From the NCBI GenBank assembly GCA_002737445.1, contig NSIR01000003.1, forward strand, positions 32,719 to 64,718: a DNA stretch of 32,000 bases. Reading direction: 5' to 3'. The notes under the pieces were generated by a model, which was given only the letters and a program-made list of their open reading frames with translations, did no database searches and was not told the DNA's origin. Position 1 is the stretch's first letter, and every line of letters begins with the position of its first letter. Below, piece after piece: positions 9,002-17,771 of this stretch. Origin of the DNA: Nitrosarchaeum sp. (GTDB lineage Archaea; Thermoproteota; Nitrososphaeria; Nitrososphaerales; Nitrosopumilaceae). The translations under genes were made by a program, and so were the position numbers.

Positions 9002-9352
9002 TTGAATTTCATGCAAAAACCTGAAATTCAGTTCCAATTTTCAGCACAACCTACGGAAATTGAACTCAAAAAACTACGGGAATATTTCAAGGAAATGCCA
9101 ATCTCTGAAATTTTATCTGGATTAAAATTTGCTAAAAATAGGTGGTCTGCAAAAGATGCTGGAACACTAAAAGTTGGAAGAAAAAGTATAATCCAAAAAG
9201 AAGTACATTCAGTTACATCTGAGCAAGCTCAATGGAGATTAAAAAATTGGAAAATGATGATTGCAAACTATCGTCGTAGAGGGTACAGTTATCCAACAAT
9301 ATCCAGAATTAAAAAAATTTTAATTCAGAAAAGTAAAAAGAAAATAAAGTAA
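9002..9352 (+). CDS. hypothetical basic protein (116 aa)
   Basis: Long stop-free frame in AT-rich DNA. The sequence is Lys/Arg-rich (NYRRRGYSYPTISRIKKILIQKSKKKIK). The track start is TTG, with an ATG at 9011. No family recognised. Confidence 0.5.
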   Translation: MNFMQKPEIQFQFSAQPTEIELKKLREYFKEMPISEILSGLKFAKNRWSAKDAGTLKVGRKSIIQKEVHSVTSEQAQWRLKNWKMMIANYRRRGYSYPTISRIKKILIQKSKKKIK

Positions 9353-9354
9353 CT

Positions 9355-10017
9355 CTATTCTAATTCACTTAGTATATCTGATTTACTTGTTTGTGTACTT
9401 TCTTGTTTCAAGTTTTCAGGAATATCTGGAATGGATACCTGTGTTTGTCCTGCAATAATTGAATGTGCTTCCTCTAAAATTGCCAATGTGTCTGCATTAG
9501 TTGTATTTGAAGAACTCAGCATACTTGTACCTTCCATGGACGATCCAACCATCATATCGCCTAATAATTGTGACAAGTCTCCCATTGAAGATGCTGCTTC
9601 TGGCATTATTCCATTAAGTGATGGACTTAATCCTTTGATTATTGACATACATGGACTAAGTGTCACAACAACATCTCCAAGTTCAGACATTGTGTTAAGT
9701 CTGATGTGAATTTGTTCCATTGAAAGTTTAGCATTACTGACCATATTTTTCATTTTTCTTACTTGACCCAGTTCTGTTGCATAAGCTTGAGCATATGCAT
9801 TATTGTGTGATTTTTGTGCAGATACAACTTTGTCAAAAATCATGTCATGTTTCACTTGTAATTTTTCTGTAATTCCTTGTAATTTACTAATTTGAATTTC
9901 TAATTTTCTTTGTGCTTCTTCAATTCTATTTTTTAATGGAACTTCTGGTTTTAAGCTGCTCATTACTTTGTGAGATATGCTTTCACCCTCTTCTTTATTC
10001 CATGAATTACTTATCAA
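9355..10017 (-). CDS. cdvB: ESCRT-III / Snf7-family cell-division protein (CdvB paralog)
   Basis: Helical-hairpin core KNRIEEAQRKLEIQISKLQGITEKLQVKHDMIFDKVVSAQKSHNNAYAQAYATELGQVRKMKNM... followed by a Ser/Met-rich linker and an acidic C-terminus, as in Snf7/CdvB proteins. The track start at 10017 is TTG. An ATG at 9963 (MSSLKPEV) is an alternative. Confidence 0.8.
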   Translation of the reverse strand: MISNSWNKEEGESISHKVMSSLKPEVPLKNRIEEAQRKLEIQISKLQGITEKLQVKHDMIFDKVVSAQKSHNNAYAQAYATELGQVRKMKNMVSNAKLSMEQIHIRLNTMSELGDVVVTLSPCMSIIKGLSPSLNGIMPEAASSMGDLSQLLGDMMVGSSMEGTSMLSSSNTTNADTLAILEEAHSIIAGQTQVSIPDIPENLKQESTQTSKSDILSELE

Positions 10018-10327
10018 ACTTATATTTCCTCAATAGTAATATGTAATTTAGTTTTAAATGAAATTGTCACTTGTCTATGTGTAACTACAGTAACATGGGA
10101 GTTGAGTTACATTCTACCCAAAAGTAAATGCGTATATTTGAAATCCTGGATTGTTGATTTTAATTTCCAATTTGTGCTCAGATGACTCTTTACTAGTTAC
10201 AATATTGTATATCCCGCAGCTAAAATTGTAACCTTGTTCTCATTTTTTATATCAATCCCCGCATTCCTATTTTTACTGACTAGTGGAAATGCATCTCATT
10301 TTTATCTGGGACAAATTTTAATTTTGT

Positions 10328-10432
10328 ATGAATAAGCGATTTATTTCAGTAGGTATTGTATTGGGAATAGTTGTTATCTTTGCTATATTTATGGGCTCAC
10401 CTGCAATTGGTGGCTTTGATATGTTTAGGTAG
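10328..10432 (+). CDS. possible 34-aa single-pass membrane micro-protein
   Basis: Manual translation gives MNKRFISVGIVLGIVVIFAIFMGSPAIGGFDMFR, located in the cdvB/bioF spacer. No homology support. Confidence 0.25.
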   Translation: MNKRFISVGIVLGIVVIFAIFMGSPAIGGFDMFR

Positions 10433-10512
10433 TAGTATATGTGCATAATTTTAATTGAAAATTAATTTTTTGAAATTATTTTCAATTTTATCTTTGTTAA
10501 AAATGTTTTAAT

Positions 10513-11640
10513 TTATATTTTGAATTTTTTAATTGCCTGCTCAAAAATATTTAATGTAAAATTGATATCTTTTTTTGTTAACCAGGCAGTAACTGAAATT
10601 CGTAATCTTGCTTTGTTTTTAGGCACAGTAGGATATCTGATTGGTTGAACAAAGATACTTTTTTTAAAAAGAAATTCTCCAAACTGCATTGCAGTTTTTT
10701 CGTCTCCGATAATAATTGGAATTATTTGTGATTTTGAATCAATTTCATATCCAATTTGTCTTAAACCTTTACCGAGTAATTTTGTATTTAATTCCAGTTT
10801 TTTTCTTTGTTTTTCTCTATTTGATTCAAATCTTTTTAATGAATATTCTACTAAAAATGATGGAAGTGCAGATGTATAGATAAATGATTTTGATTTATTT
10901 ATACATAAATCTATTACATTATTTTGCGCTGAAACGTATCCTCCAAATGATCCTAGACCTTTACTCAAACTACTAATATACAAATCAATTTTTTTTGCAA
11001 CACTGAATAGATTTGGAGTTCCCCTTCCATCGCTTCCAACAACAAAATCACCGTGAGCATCATCAAGTATTGTTATTGCATTTGATTTATCTGCAATCTC
11101 TGTAATTTCTTCAAGTTTTGAGAAATCACCATCCATACTAAAAATTCCCTCAGTTATGATATATTTGCGCATTTTTCCCTCTTTGAGTTTCTTTGTTAAA
11201 TTATTCATGTCATTGTGCTTGTAAATAGATATTTTTGCACCTGCAAGTTTGCATGATTCAATTATGCTTGCATGATTTAGTTCATCACTTAAAATTAAAT
11301 CTCCTTTTTTTATTAATGCTGTAATTGAACCTAAATTTGCCATGTATCCAGTTGGATAAATTAAACTGGATTGCTGTGATTTGTGTTTTGCAAGTTTTTC
11401 TTCTAATTTTTTATAAATCTCATCATTTCCTGAAACTAGTCTTGAACTTGATTGCATTTGTTTTATTTTTATTTTTGTGACTGGCATTCCAAGATAATCA
11501 TTTGAAGATAGATTTAGTAATTTTTTTCCATTAATTGTGATATTACCTTGATTTGATTTACTATGTCTTAATTTTCTATACAGATTATTTTTTTTAATTT
11601 GATTTAATTCAAAATCTACATAGTTTAGTTTATGATTCAA
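10513..11640 (-). CDS. bioF: 8-amino-7-oxononanoate synthase
   Basis: Fold-type I PLP enzyme of the AONS/KBL family (DDAHGDFVVG, SSLSKGLGSFGGY with the PLP lysine). It is adjacent to bioB, bioA and bioD. TTG start. Confidence 0.85.
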   Translation of the reverse strand: MNHKLNYVDFELNQIKKNNLYRKLRHSKSNQGNITINGKKLLNLSSNDYLGMPVTKIKIKQMQSSSRLVSGNDEIYKKLEEKLAKHKSQQSSLIYPTGYMANLGSITALIKKGDLILSDELNHASIIESCKLAGAKISIYKHNDMNNLTKKLKEGKMRKYIITEGIFSMDGDFSKLEEITEIADKSNAITILDDAHGDFVVGSDGRGTPNLFSVAKKIDLYISSLSKGLGSFGGYVSAQNNVIDLCINKSKSFIYTSALPSFLVEYSLKRFESNREKQRKKLELNTKLLGKGLRQIGYEIDSKSQIIPIIIGDEKTAMQFGEFLFKKSIFVQPIRYPTVPKNKARLRISVTAWLTKKDINFTLNIFEQAIKKFKI

Positions 11641-11725
11641 GTGGAACTAGTTTGAAATAAATAACATCGTGCGTAAATCCCTTTCTTTTCATATTTGTGC
11701 TTGTTAAAATAATTTATTTAAATTA

Positions 11726-12706
11726 TTAAATTTCAAGTCCCATATTTTTTATCATTTTTATATCCGTTTCAGAATCATTTCCACCCATTGTTAGATAGCC
11801 TGATGTAATTATCCCATTTGCTCCACTATTCAATAACTCTTTTCCTGAATCTGCAAGATTTGTTTCTCGTCCACCTGAAATTTTAATTACAGATTCTGGC
11901 AAAAGAAATCGTATAATTGAAAACATTTTGATAATTTCCAAGTTTTCTAATTTTATTTGTAATTCTAAAGGAGTTCCAGGAACTGGAACTAGTATGTTTA
12001 TTGTTACTTCTTCTGGATACAAGCCTGATAATTCAATGGCTAGCTCCATTCGTTGTTTTTGTGTTTCCCCCAATCCGATAATTCCACCTGTACACAACTC
12101 TAACCCTGCCGAACGTGCAATTTGTAATGTTTTTAATCTGTCATCATATGTGTGAGTTGTACATATTTCCGAAAATTTGGATCTTGACGTTTCTAAATTA
12201 TGATTGTATCTTTTTACATTTAATTCCTTGAGTTTTTTTGCTTGTTGTATTGTTAAAAATCCTAAACTACACTCCACATTAATTCCAACTTTGTCATTTA
12301 TTTCCTGAATTATATGACAAACTTTTTCAAAGTCTTTGTTTGATGGTTCTCTCCAGGCTGCAACCAAACAGTATGATTCAGCTCCTTCATTTTTTGCCTT
12401 ACTTGCTTTAATTACAACTTGTTCTGGTGTCGGTAATTGGTATGTTTCAATACCTGTATCAAAAAATGCAGATTGACCACAAAATGTGCAGTCTTCACTA
12501 CATGCGTTTTTTTTAATATTGTTTAATTGTTCTACGTCTACTTTATTTCCATTAAATTCTCTAGTGATTTGATTTGCAGCTAGTGCCAATTCTCCTATAT
12601 GTTGATCTGAAATACTGAATAAAATCTCCACATCACTACTAGTTATTCCAATTCCGGAAAATACTTTTTCTTTACATTCTTTAATAAATTCAAACATTTC
12701 TGTCAT
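11726..12706 (-). CDS. bioB: biotin synthase (radical SAM)
   Basis: CSEDCTFCGQS contains the CxxxCxxC radical-SAM motif. It is 326 aa and sits in a bio-cluster context. Confidence 0.9.
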   Translation of the reverse strand: MTEMFEFIKECKEKVFSGIGITSSDVEILFSISDQHIGELALAANQITREFNGNKVDVEQLNNIKKNACSEDCTFCGQSAFFDTGIETYQLPTPEQVVIKASKAKNEGAESYCLVAAWREPSNKDFEKVCHIIQEINDKVGINVECSLGFLTIQQAKKLKELNVKRYNHNLETSRSKFSEICTTHTYDDRLKTLQIARSAGLELCTGGIIGLGETQKQRMELAIELSGLYPEEVTINILVPVPGTPLELQIKLENLEIIKMFSIIRFLLPESVIKISGGRETNLADSGKELLNSGANGIITSGYLTMGGNDSETDIKMIKNMGLEI

Positions 12707-12812
12707 TGTAATTTTATTTGAAATTCCATTAAAAAAGATTAGTGAGGTATGGGTATGATTTATGCGTAAATAATTGCAAATACATGTACATTTAGTATTT
12801 TAATTATTGAAA

Positions 12813-14135
12813 TTAAATTAACTGATTTTGTGCCGACTTTATTGTTTTTACAGTTTTTACTAGAAGCAAATCTAATTCTTTTTCAGTTATTGCTAATGGA
12901 GGCACAAGCATGACAATGTTTCCAAGCGTGCGTAAATAGATCCCTTGTTTTTTTCCTTCTTCAAAAATAATTTTATTTATAGATTTTTTAGGATTAATTG
13001 GGATTTTATTTTTTTTATCTTTGACTAATTCAATTCCCATGAGCATTCCTTTATGTCTAATGTTTCCAACTAGTTCATTTTTGTATAATGTTTCATAATA
13101 TTGTTCAAAAATTTTTGAGGTTTTTTGTATTTTTTTAATTAAATTATTTTTTTTGTATAAATTTAGATTTTCATTTGCAACTGCAGCTGCAATTGGATTT
13201 CCAGTAAATGTGTGACCATGAAATAGGTGTTTCCAATCATTGAATTTACCTAAAAATGAATCATATATTTTTTTATTGGTTAAAGTTGCAGCCATTGTCA
13301 TATATCCACCAGTTAACATTTTTCCATATGCTACAATATCTGGACTACTTTTTTGTTCTGTGTATTGAGTCATGGAGCCTAAACGTCCAAAACCTGTAGC
13401 TATTTCATCTAGTACAAGCAATATGTTGTATTTTTTACATAATTTGCTTATTTTACTTTGAAAATATTTTGGAAATATAATTACTCCACCTGCAACTTGT
13501 GCTCCACTTTCCATGACAAACGCTGCAATTTTGTTATCTTTAAGAAATTTATTTTCTATTTTTTCTAAACATGTATTTTGATAATCTTGAAATGTAAATC
13601 CTTTTGGAATTCTATATTCATTTGGTACTGGAATTTGTATTGTTGAAAATAATTGTTTTTTAAATTTACCAAAAAATTCTGGAATATATCCAACAGACAT
13701 GGCGCCAAATGTATCTCCATGATACCCGTTTTCTAGTGTGGCGATTTTTGTTTTCTTTACCTCCCCGATATTATTCCAATACTGTAATGCCAATTTTAAT
13801 GCAATTTCCATTGCAGATGAACCGTTATCGGAATAAAATACCTTGTACATGCCAGGTGAAATCTCTACAAGACTTTTGGCTAATTTTTCTGCAGGTTCAT
13901 TTGTTAAATTAAACATTGAAGAATGCTGTAACTTTTTGCTTTGTTTAAGAATTGCATTGACTAATTCTGGTTTTGAATGACCCCACACATTACACCACAT
14001 TGACGCAACTCCGTCCAACAGATTATTTCCACTTGTATCTGTAAGCCACATGCCTTTGGCTTTAATTATCTCAGTAAATGAACCCCATTCACTCATCTGT
14101 GTATTTGGATGCCAAACAAAACTCTTCTTTTTCAA
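12813..14135 (-). CDS. bioA: adenosylmethionine-8-amino-7-oxononanoate aminotransferase
   Basis: Class III aminotransferase features (VWHPNTQM, SDNGSSAMEIALKLA, VLDEIATGFGRLG, AYGKMLTGGY with the PLP lysine). TTG start. Confidence 0.9.
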   Translation of the reverse strand: MKKKSFVWHPNTQMSEWGSFTEIIKAKGMWLTDTSGNNLLDGVASMWCNVWGHSKPELVNAILKQSKKLQHSSMFNLTNEPAEKLAKSLVEISPGMYKVFYSDNGSSAMEIALKLALQYWNNIGEVKKTKIATLENGYHGDTFGAMSVGYIPEFFGKFKKQLFSTIQIPVPNEYRIPKGFTFQDYQNTCLEKIENKFLKDNKIAAFVMESGAQVAGGVIIFPKYFQSKISKLCKKYNILLVLDEIATGFGRLGSMTQYTEQKSSPDIVAYGKMLTGGYMTMAATLTNKKIYDSFLGKFNDWKHLFHGHTFTGNPIAAAVANENLNLYKKNNLIKKIQKTSKIFEQYYETLYKNELVGNIRHKGMLMGIELVKDKKNKIPINPKKSINKIIFEEGKKQGIYLRTLGNIVMLVPPLAITEKELDLLLVKTVKTIKSAQNQLI

Positions 14136-14216
14136 ACGATCTTTGAATTTGATTGGTTCTTAATAATTAATCTCTATCTTACAATGTATTTTGTATTTAT
14201 TGATATTATTTAATGT

Positions 14217-14243
14217 AAAATTCAAATAGACAAAAATTCAAAT
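14217..14243. repeat. 11-bp direct repeat aaaattcaaat x2 with 16-bp periodicity, just upstream of bioD
   Basis: Read directly: 14217-14227 and 14233-14243 are identical. The repeat lies in the 117-bp bioA/bioD divergent spacer and ends 10 nt before the bioD start. Confidence 0.7.
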
Positions 14244-14252
14244 CACTTCAAG

Positions 14253-14942
14253 TTGAATTCATTATTTATTACTGGAACTGATACAGATATTGGAAAAACA
14301 TACGTATCTGCAGGTATTGCAATAACTTTACGTAAAATGGGAATCGATGTTGGTATAATGAAACCATTTGCTGCAGGAATTAAACAGAAAACAGGATTTA
14401 AATCAAAAGATGTGCAAATTTTGGTAAATGCTGCCAAAGTAAATGATTTAGAAACGTTACTAAACCCACAATTTTTTCCAATTATGGCATCACCGTACAC
14501 TGCATTTAAAAATTTAAAAATAAAACCAAACATCAAACTTATTTTAAGTCAATTTAAAAAATTATCTAAATTACATTCAATGATTTTAGTTGAGGGAATG
14601 GGTGGAATTATGACTCCAATACTTGAAAATTATTTTGTGACACATTTAATCAAAGACATGAAATTACCTGCAATAATTGTTGCAGGAAACAAAATTGGTA
14701 CCATAAATCATACAATTATGACATGTATCATGTGTAAAAAATATAAAATTCCACTCAAAGGAATTATAATTAATAATTTTTATCCTGGTGGATATGATGC
14801 CAAGCAGCTAAAAAGAGACTTGGAAAATTTAACAAATGCACCTATGTTGGGCACAATTCCACGCATAAATAATTTTACTGAAAAATCACTATATCAAATT
14901 TTTAAAAAAAATATAGATTTTAAATCTATATTAAATTCGTAA
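14253..14942 (+). CDS. bioD: dethiobiotin synthetase
   Basis: LFITGTDTDIGKTYVSAGIA is the P-loop-like BioD motif, and VEGMGGIMTP is also present. It is divergent from bioA. TTG start. Confidence 0.85.
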   Translation: MNSLFITGTDTDIGKTYVSAGIAITLRKMGIDVGIMKPFAAGIKQKTGFKSKDVQILVNAAKVNDLETLLNPQFFPIMASPYTAFKNLKIKPNIKLILSQFKKLSKLHSMILVEGMGGIMTPILENYFVTHLIKDMKLPAIIVAGNKIGTINHTIMTCIMCKKYKIPLKGIIINNFYPGGYDAKQLKRDLENLTNAPMLGTIPRINNFTEKSLYQIFKKNIDFKSILNS

Positions 14943-15476
14943 AATTTTGAATTTACTTTGACCTTGAACATTTACAAATTTTGCAATATCAAAAATTATG
15001 TTTGAAAACGATGAATTTTTCTTTTCAATTACATATATTTTATTTGAAATAGAGTAATTTTTGCCACTAATAATCCAAATATTTTCTTTATTTGGCTGAA
15101 TTTTATATAATTCTGCGATTCTTTGGTTTATAATAATTTCATTATCTGTATCCACAATAAATAAAATCAAAGTTTTTTTTGCATCACCTTCAAGTGTTTT
15201 TAAATCTGGAATTACAATATCTACATTTATTCCATTAAATTCAACTTTTCTTTGACTTGATATCAACGCATTTGTTAAAAGATAATGCAGTAATCCTGTT
15301 GCAAGAATTGCAAGACTTTCTTCTTTTTTACCTATAGATACAACTTTGTCAAAACAATTCTCTAAAATATTATCAATTATGTCTGAAAATTTTAATTCAC
15401 TTATCAGAGTTTGAATTTCGGATTTATTTAGATAATCAAAAAGAAAATCTTTGATCTCATTTGATTCGTTGATCAT
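14931..15476 (-). CDS. hypothetical protein (181 aa), translationally coupled to HMG-CoA synthase
   Basis: Its ATG overlaps the HMGCS stop (ATGA at 15473-15476). An N-terminal helical part is followed by alternating strand/helix segments (NVDIVIPD...GDAKKTLILFIVDTD). No family recognised. Confidence 0.6.
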   Translation of the reverse strand: MINESNEIKDFLFDYLNKSEIQTLISELKFSDIIDNILENCFDKVVSIGKKEESLAILATGLLHYLLTNALISSQRKVEFNGINVDIVIPDLKTLEGDAKKTLILFIVDTDNEIIINQRIAELYKIQPNKENIWIISGKNYSISNKIYVIEKKNSSFSNIIFDIAKFVNVQGQSKFKILRI

Positions 15477-16867
15477 TCGTTGAATATATAGCGTCTTTCG
15501 CCCATTGATTCGACCGTGGTATTTACATTAACTAGAATGAACTCTTTTTTTGTATGTAGCATTGATTCTTCAGGTGTAAGCTTGTTTTCATGTAATATCT
15601 CATATTCTTCTAATGTTAATTTTCGTCTTGGCGCAAGTTCTGCCTCCAAATTCATATCTTTGACAATTTCCTTATACTCTGGCTGAATTAATCCGCTAAA
15701 GACCATTGCACTACTACCACTTCCATATGAGCCAAATCCTACTCTTTTTCCATTCAAATCTATTCCTCTCTGATATTCAAATTCAAGACAGCTTCTAAAT
15801 CCAAGATATAATGATGCAGTGTACAGATTTCCAATCATTTTTGATGCAATTAGGGAACTGGCAAGTTTTGATTCATAAATTTCTTGAAATTCACTTGTCT
15901 TTGTAAATAATTTTGTAAATTCGTGGTCTTTTGCCATGAACTCTTGATCCCCTAGTACTGATTCTATTGTTCCACGTGGGTCTTTTGGAACCGGTTCTGG
16001 TAATCCTATCTCTTGAATTATTTTTTTCCATCTTGGTAATTGACGCCATTCATGTCTTACAAGGTATGCAAGAGCCTTTTTCCCCATGTTGCTGTATGGT
16101 AAATGCATGTTCAGATAATCAATATGATCAAGTACTGATTCACCTGCTTCTAATTTCATTAATCCTGATGCCAAAGCTTTTTTCTTGTAAGTTTCAAGTG
16201 CCTTTCTTACTTGAATCATGTATAATAGATTAGAGTATTGCCCATGCACGATGGGTGTTTCTTTTCCAAATGGTCTGTAAAAATCATATTCGTCTTTAAT
16301 TGAAGTTGCAGTTACTTTTGGATCAAAAGCTAGTAATCTTGGTTTATCATTGATTAGCATTACTACCGCACCTGCACCTTGTGTCATTTCTCCACTTGTG
16401 CCCATGTCATATTTTGCAATATCTGATACAACAACAAGTGCATGTTTGCCTTCTGCCTCACCAGCTCGTACCCAATTGGCATTATCATATAATGCGTAAG
16501 AGCCACTAACACAAGCAAATTTTGTTTCAACACCACCACAGTGTTCAAAAGCACCTTGACCGTAAACTTGTTCCAACATACCAATTACATAGGAGTTCAT
16601 TGCTTTTGATTCATCAAAAGAAGATTCAGTTGAAATGTATAATCTTCCAATTGATTCTGGAGATAATTTGTTTTTTTGCATAATTTTAAGACATGCGTTT
16701 GCTGCAAGACATGCTGGATCCTGATTTGTATCAACAATTGCCATTTGCGATACGCCTAAACCCTTTTGAAGTTTCTCTGGGTCCACTCCTCTAGCTTTTG
16801 CAAAATCTGCTGCGTCTATGTAGAGTCGTGGTATGTAAATTGCAATATCATCTATACCTGCAGTCAT
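15473..16867 (-). CDS. hydroxymethylglutaryl-CoA synthase (long form, 464 aa)
   Basis: The catalytic-triad contexts match HMGCS/MvaS: STESSFDESKA (Glu), KFACVSGSYAL (Cys) and MHLPYSNMGKKA (His). Confidence 0.9.
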   Translation of the reverse strand: MTAGIDDIAIYIPRLYIDAADFAKARGVDPEKLQKGLGVSQMAIVDTNQDPACLAANACLKIMQKNKLSPESIGRLYISTESSFDESKAMNSYVIGMLEQVYGQGAFEHCGGVETKFACVSGSYALYDNANWVRAGEAEGKHALVVVSDIAKYDMGTSGEMTQGAGAVVMLINDKPRLLAFDPKVTATSIKDEYDFYRPFGKETPIVHGQYSNLLYMIQVRKALETYKKKALASGLMKLEAGESVLDHIDYLNMHLPYSNMGKKALAYLVRHEWRQLPRWKKIIQEIGLPEPVPKDPRGTIESVLGDQEFMAKDHEFTKLFTKTSEFQEIYESKLASSLIASKMIGNLYTASLYLGFRSCLEFEYQRGIDLNGKRVGFGSYGSGSSAMVFSGLIQPEYKEIVKDMNLEAELAPRRKLTLEEYEILHENKLTPEESMLHTKKEFILVNVNTTVESMGERRYIFNE

Positions 16868-16965
16868 TAGAGCTTGCCTAGTTTATTGGCATATAAGGAT
16901 ATAGAAATAATCGCTGATCATACGTATATTTTTTTTTAGATATTTATATTTTTTATAAATAATTT

Positions 16966-17670
16966 TTATTTTTCCAGCATTGAATTAAATAATTTTTCAA
17001 ATGTCTCAAAAGGCTGAGCGCCTACTAATTTTGTAACTTTGTTATCTGGACCAATTACAAAAAATACTGGAGTTCCAGTTAATCCTAAATCTTTTGCATC
17101 TTTGTTGCTATTTGCTATAGTTGATTTATGTTTAGATTCTGAGACACATTTAGAAAATGTATCCATGTCAAGTTCTAATTTGTCTGCATAGCCAATCAAG
17201 TTTGCAGGTGATGCCCAACCGTTATTTTCACCAGTCCAATGATTGTATAAAGTATCATGGTATGTCCAAAACAATCCTTGATCATCTGCACAATGAGCAG
17301 CGTTTGCTGCAGAAACTGAATCTTCACCAATAATCGTATAGTCTTTAAAAATTACTTTGACTTTGCCCGTTTCTACAAATTTTTTGAAAATCTCTTCTTC
17401 AGTGGAATGAAAATATTGATTACAAAAATAACATTGATAATCACCAAATTCCACCACTGTAATTGGAGCATTTGAATCTCCATGAATTGGTGAACCGTTT
17501 TCCATAAATGTGGCAGCTGTAATTTGTGCCGGCCCTGTATCTTGAATTGCTTTTACTGGCTCTATTGTAAGTGCATGTTCATCATTTAATGCACCAAATG
17601 TAAAAAATACTGCAATAATTACAACTGATGCAATACCTGCACCAATTGCCAAAGAGGGAGCATGAATCAA
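16966..17670 (-). CDS. membrane-anchored DsbA-like thiol:disulfide oxidoreductase
   Basis: An N-terminal TM helix (LAIGAGIASVVIIAVFFTF) precedes a thioredoxin-fold active site, VVEFGDYQCYFCNQY (CxxC), and GTPVFFV. TTG start. Confidence 0.8.
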   Translation of the reverse strand: MIHAPSLAIGAGIASVVIIAVFFTFGALNDEHALTIEPVKAIQDTGPAQITAATFMENGSPIHGDSNAPITVVEFGDYQCYFCNQYFHSTEEEIFKKFVETGKVKVIFKDYTIIGEDSVSAANAAHCADDQGLFWTYHDTLYNHWTGENNGWASPANLIGYADKLELDMDTFSKCVSESKHKSTIANSNKDAKDLGLTGTPVFFVIGPDNKVTKLVGAQPFETFEKLFNSMLEK

Positions 17671-17771
17671 TAAACTTGTGAAGTTTTTGAGTCATTTAGT
17701 CTTTTGTAAATTGATATGATGAATTCATCTGATTCAAAATTTTTACGGTATTTTTAAAATACATTTCTATT

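Noticed and set aside
10186-10330. A hydrophobic frame (…FSFFISIPAFLFLLTSGNASHFYLGQILILYE) upstream of the 10328 micro-ORF.
   Set aside because: It has no ATG or GTG start, only a TTG at 10234, and it overlaps the better-formed ATG frame. This is likely compositional.
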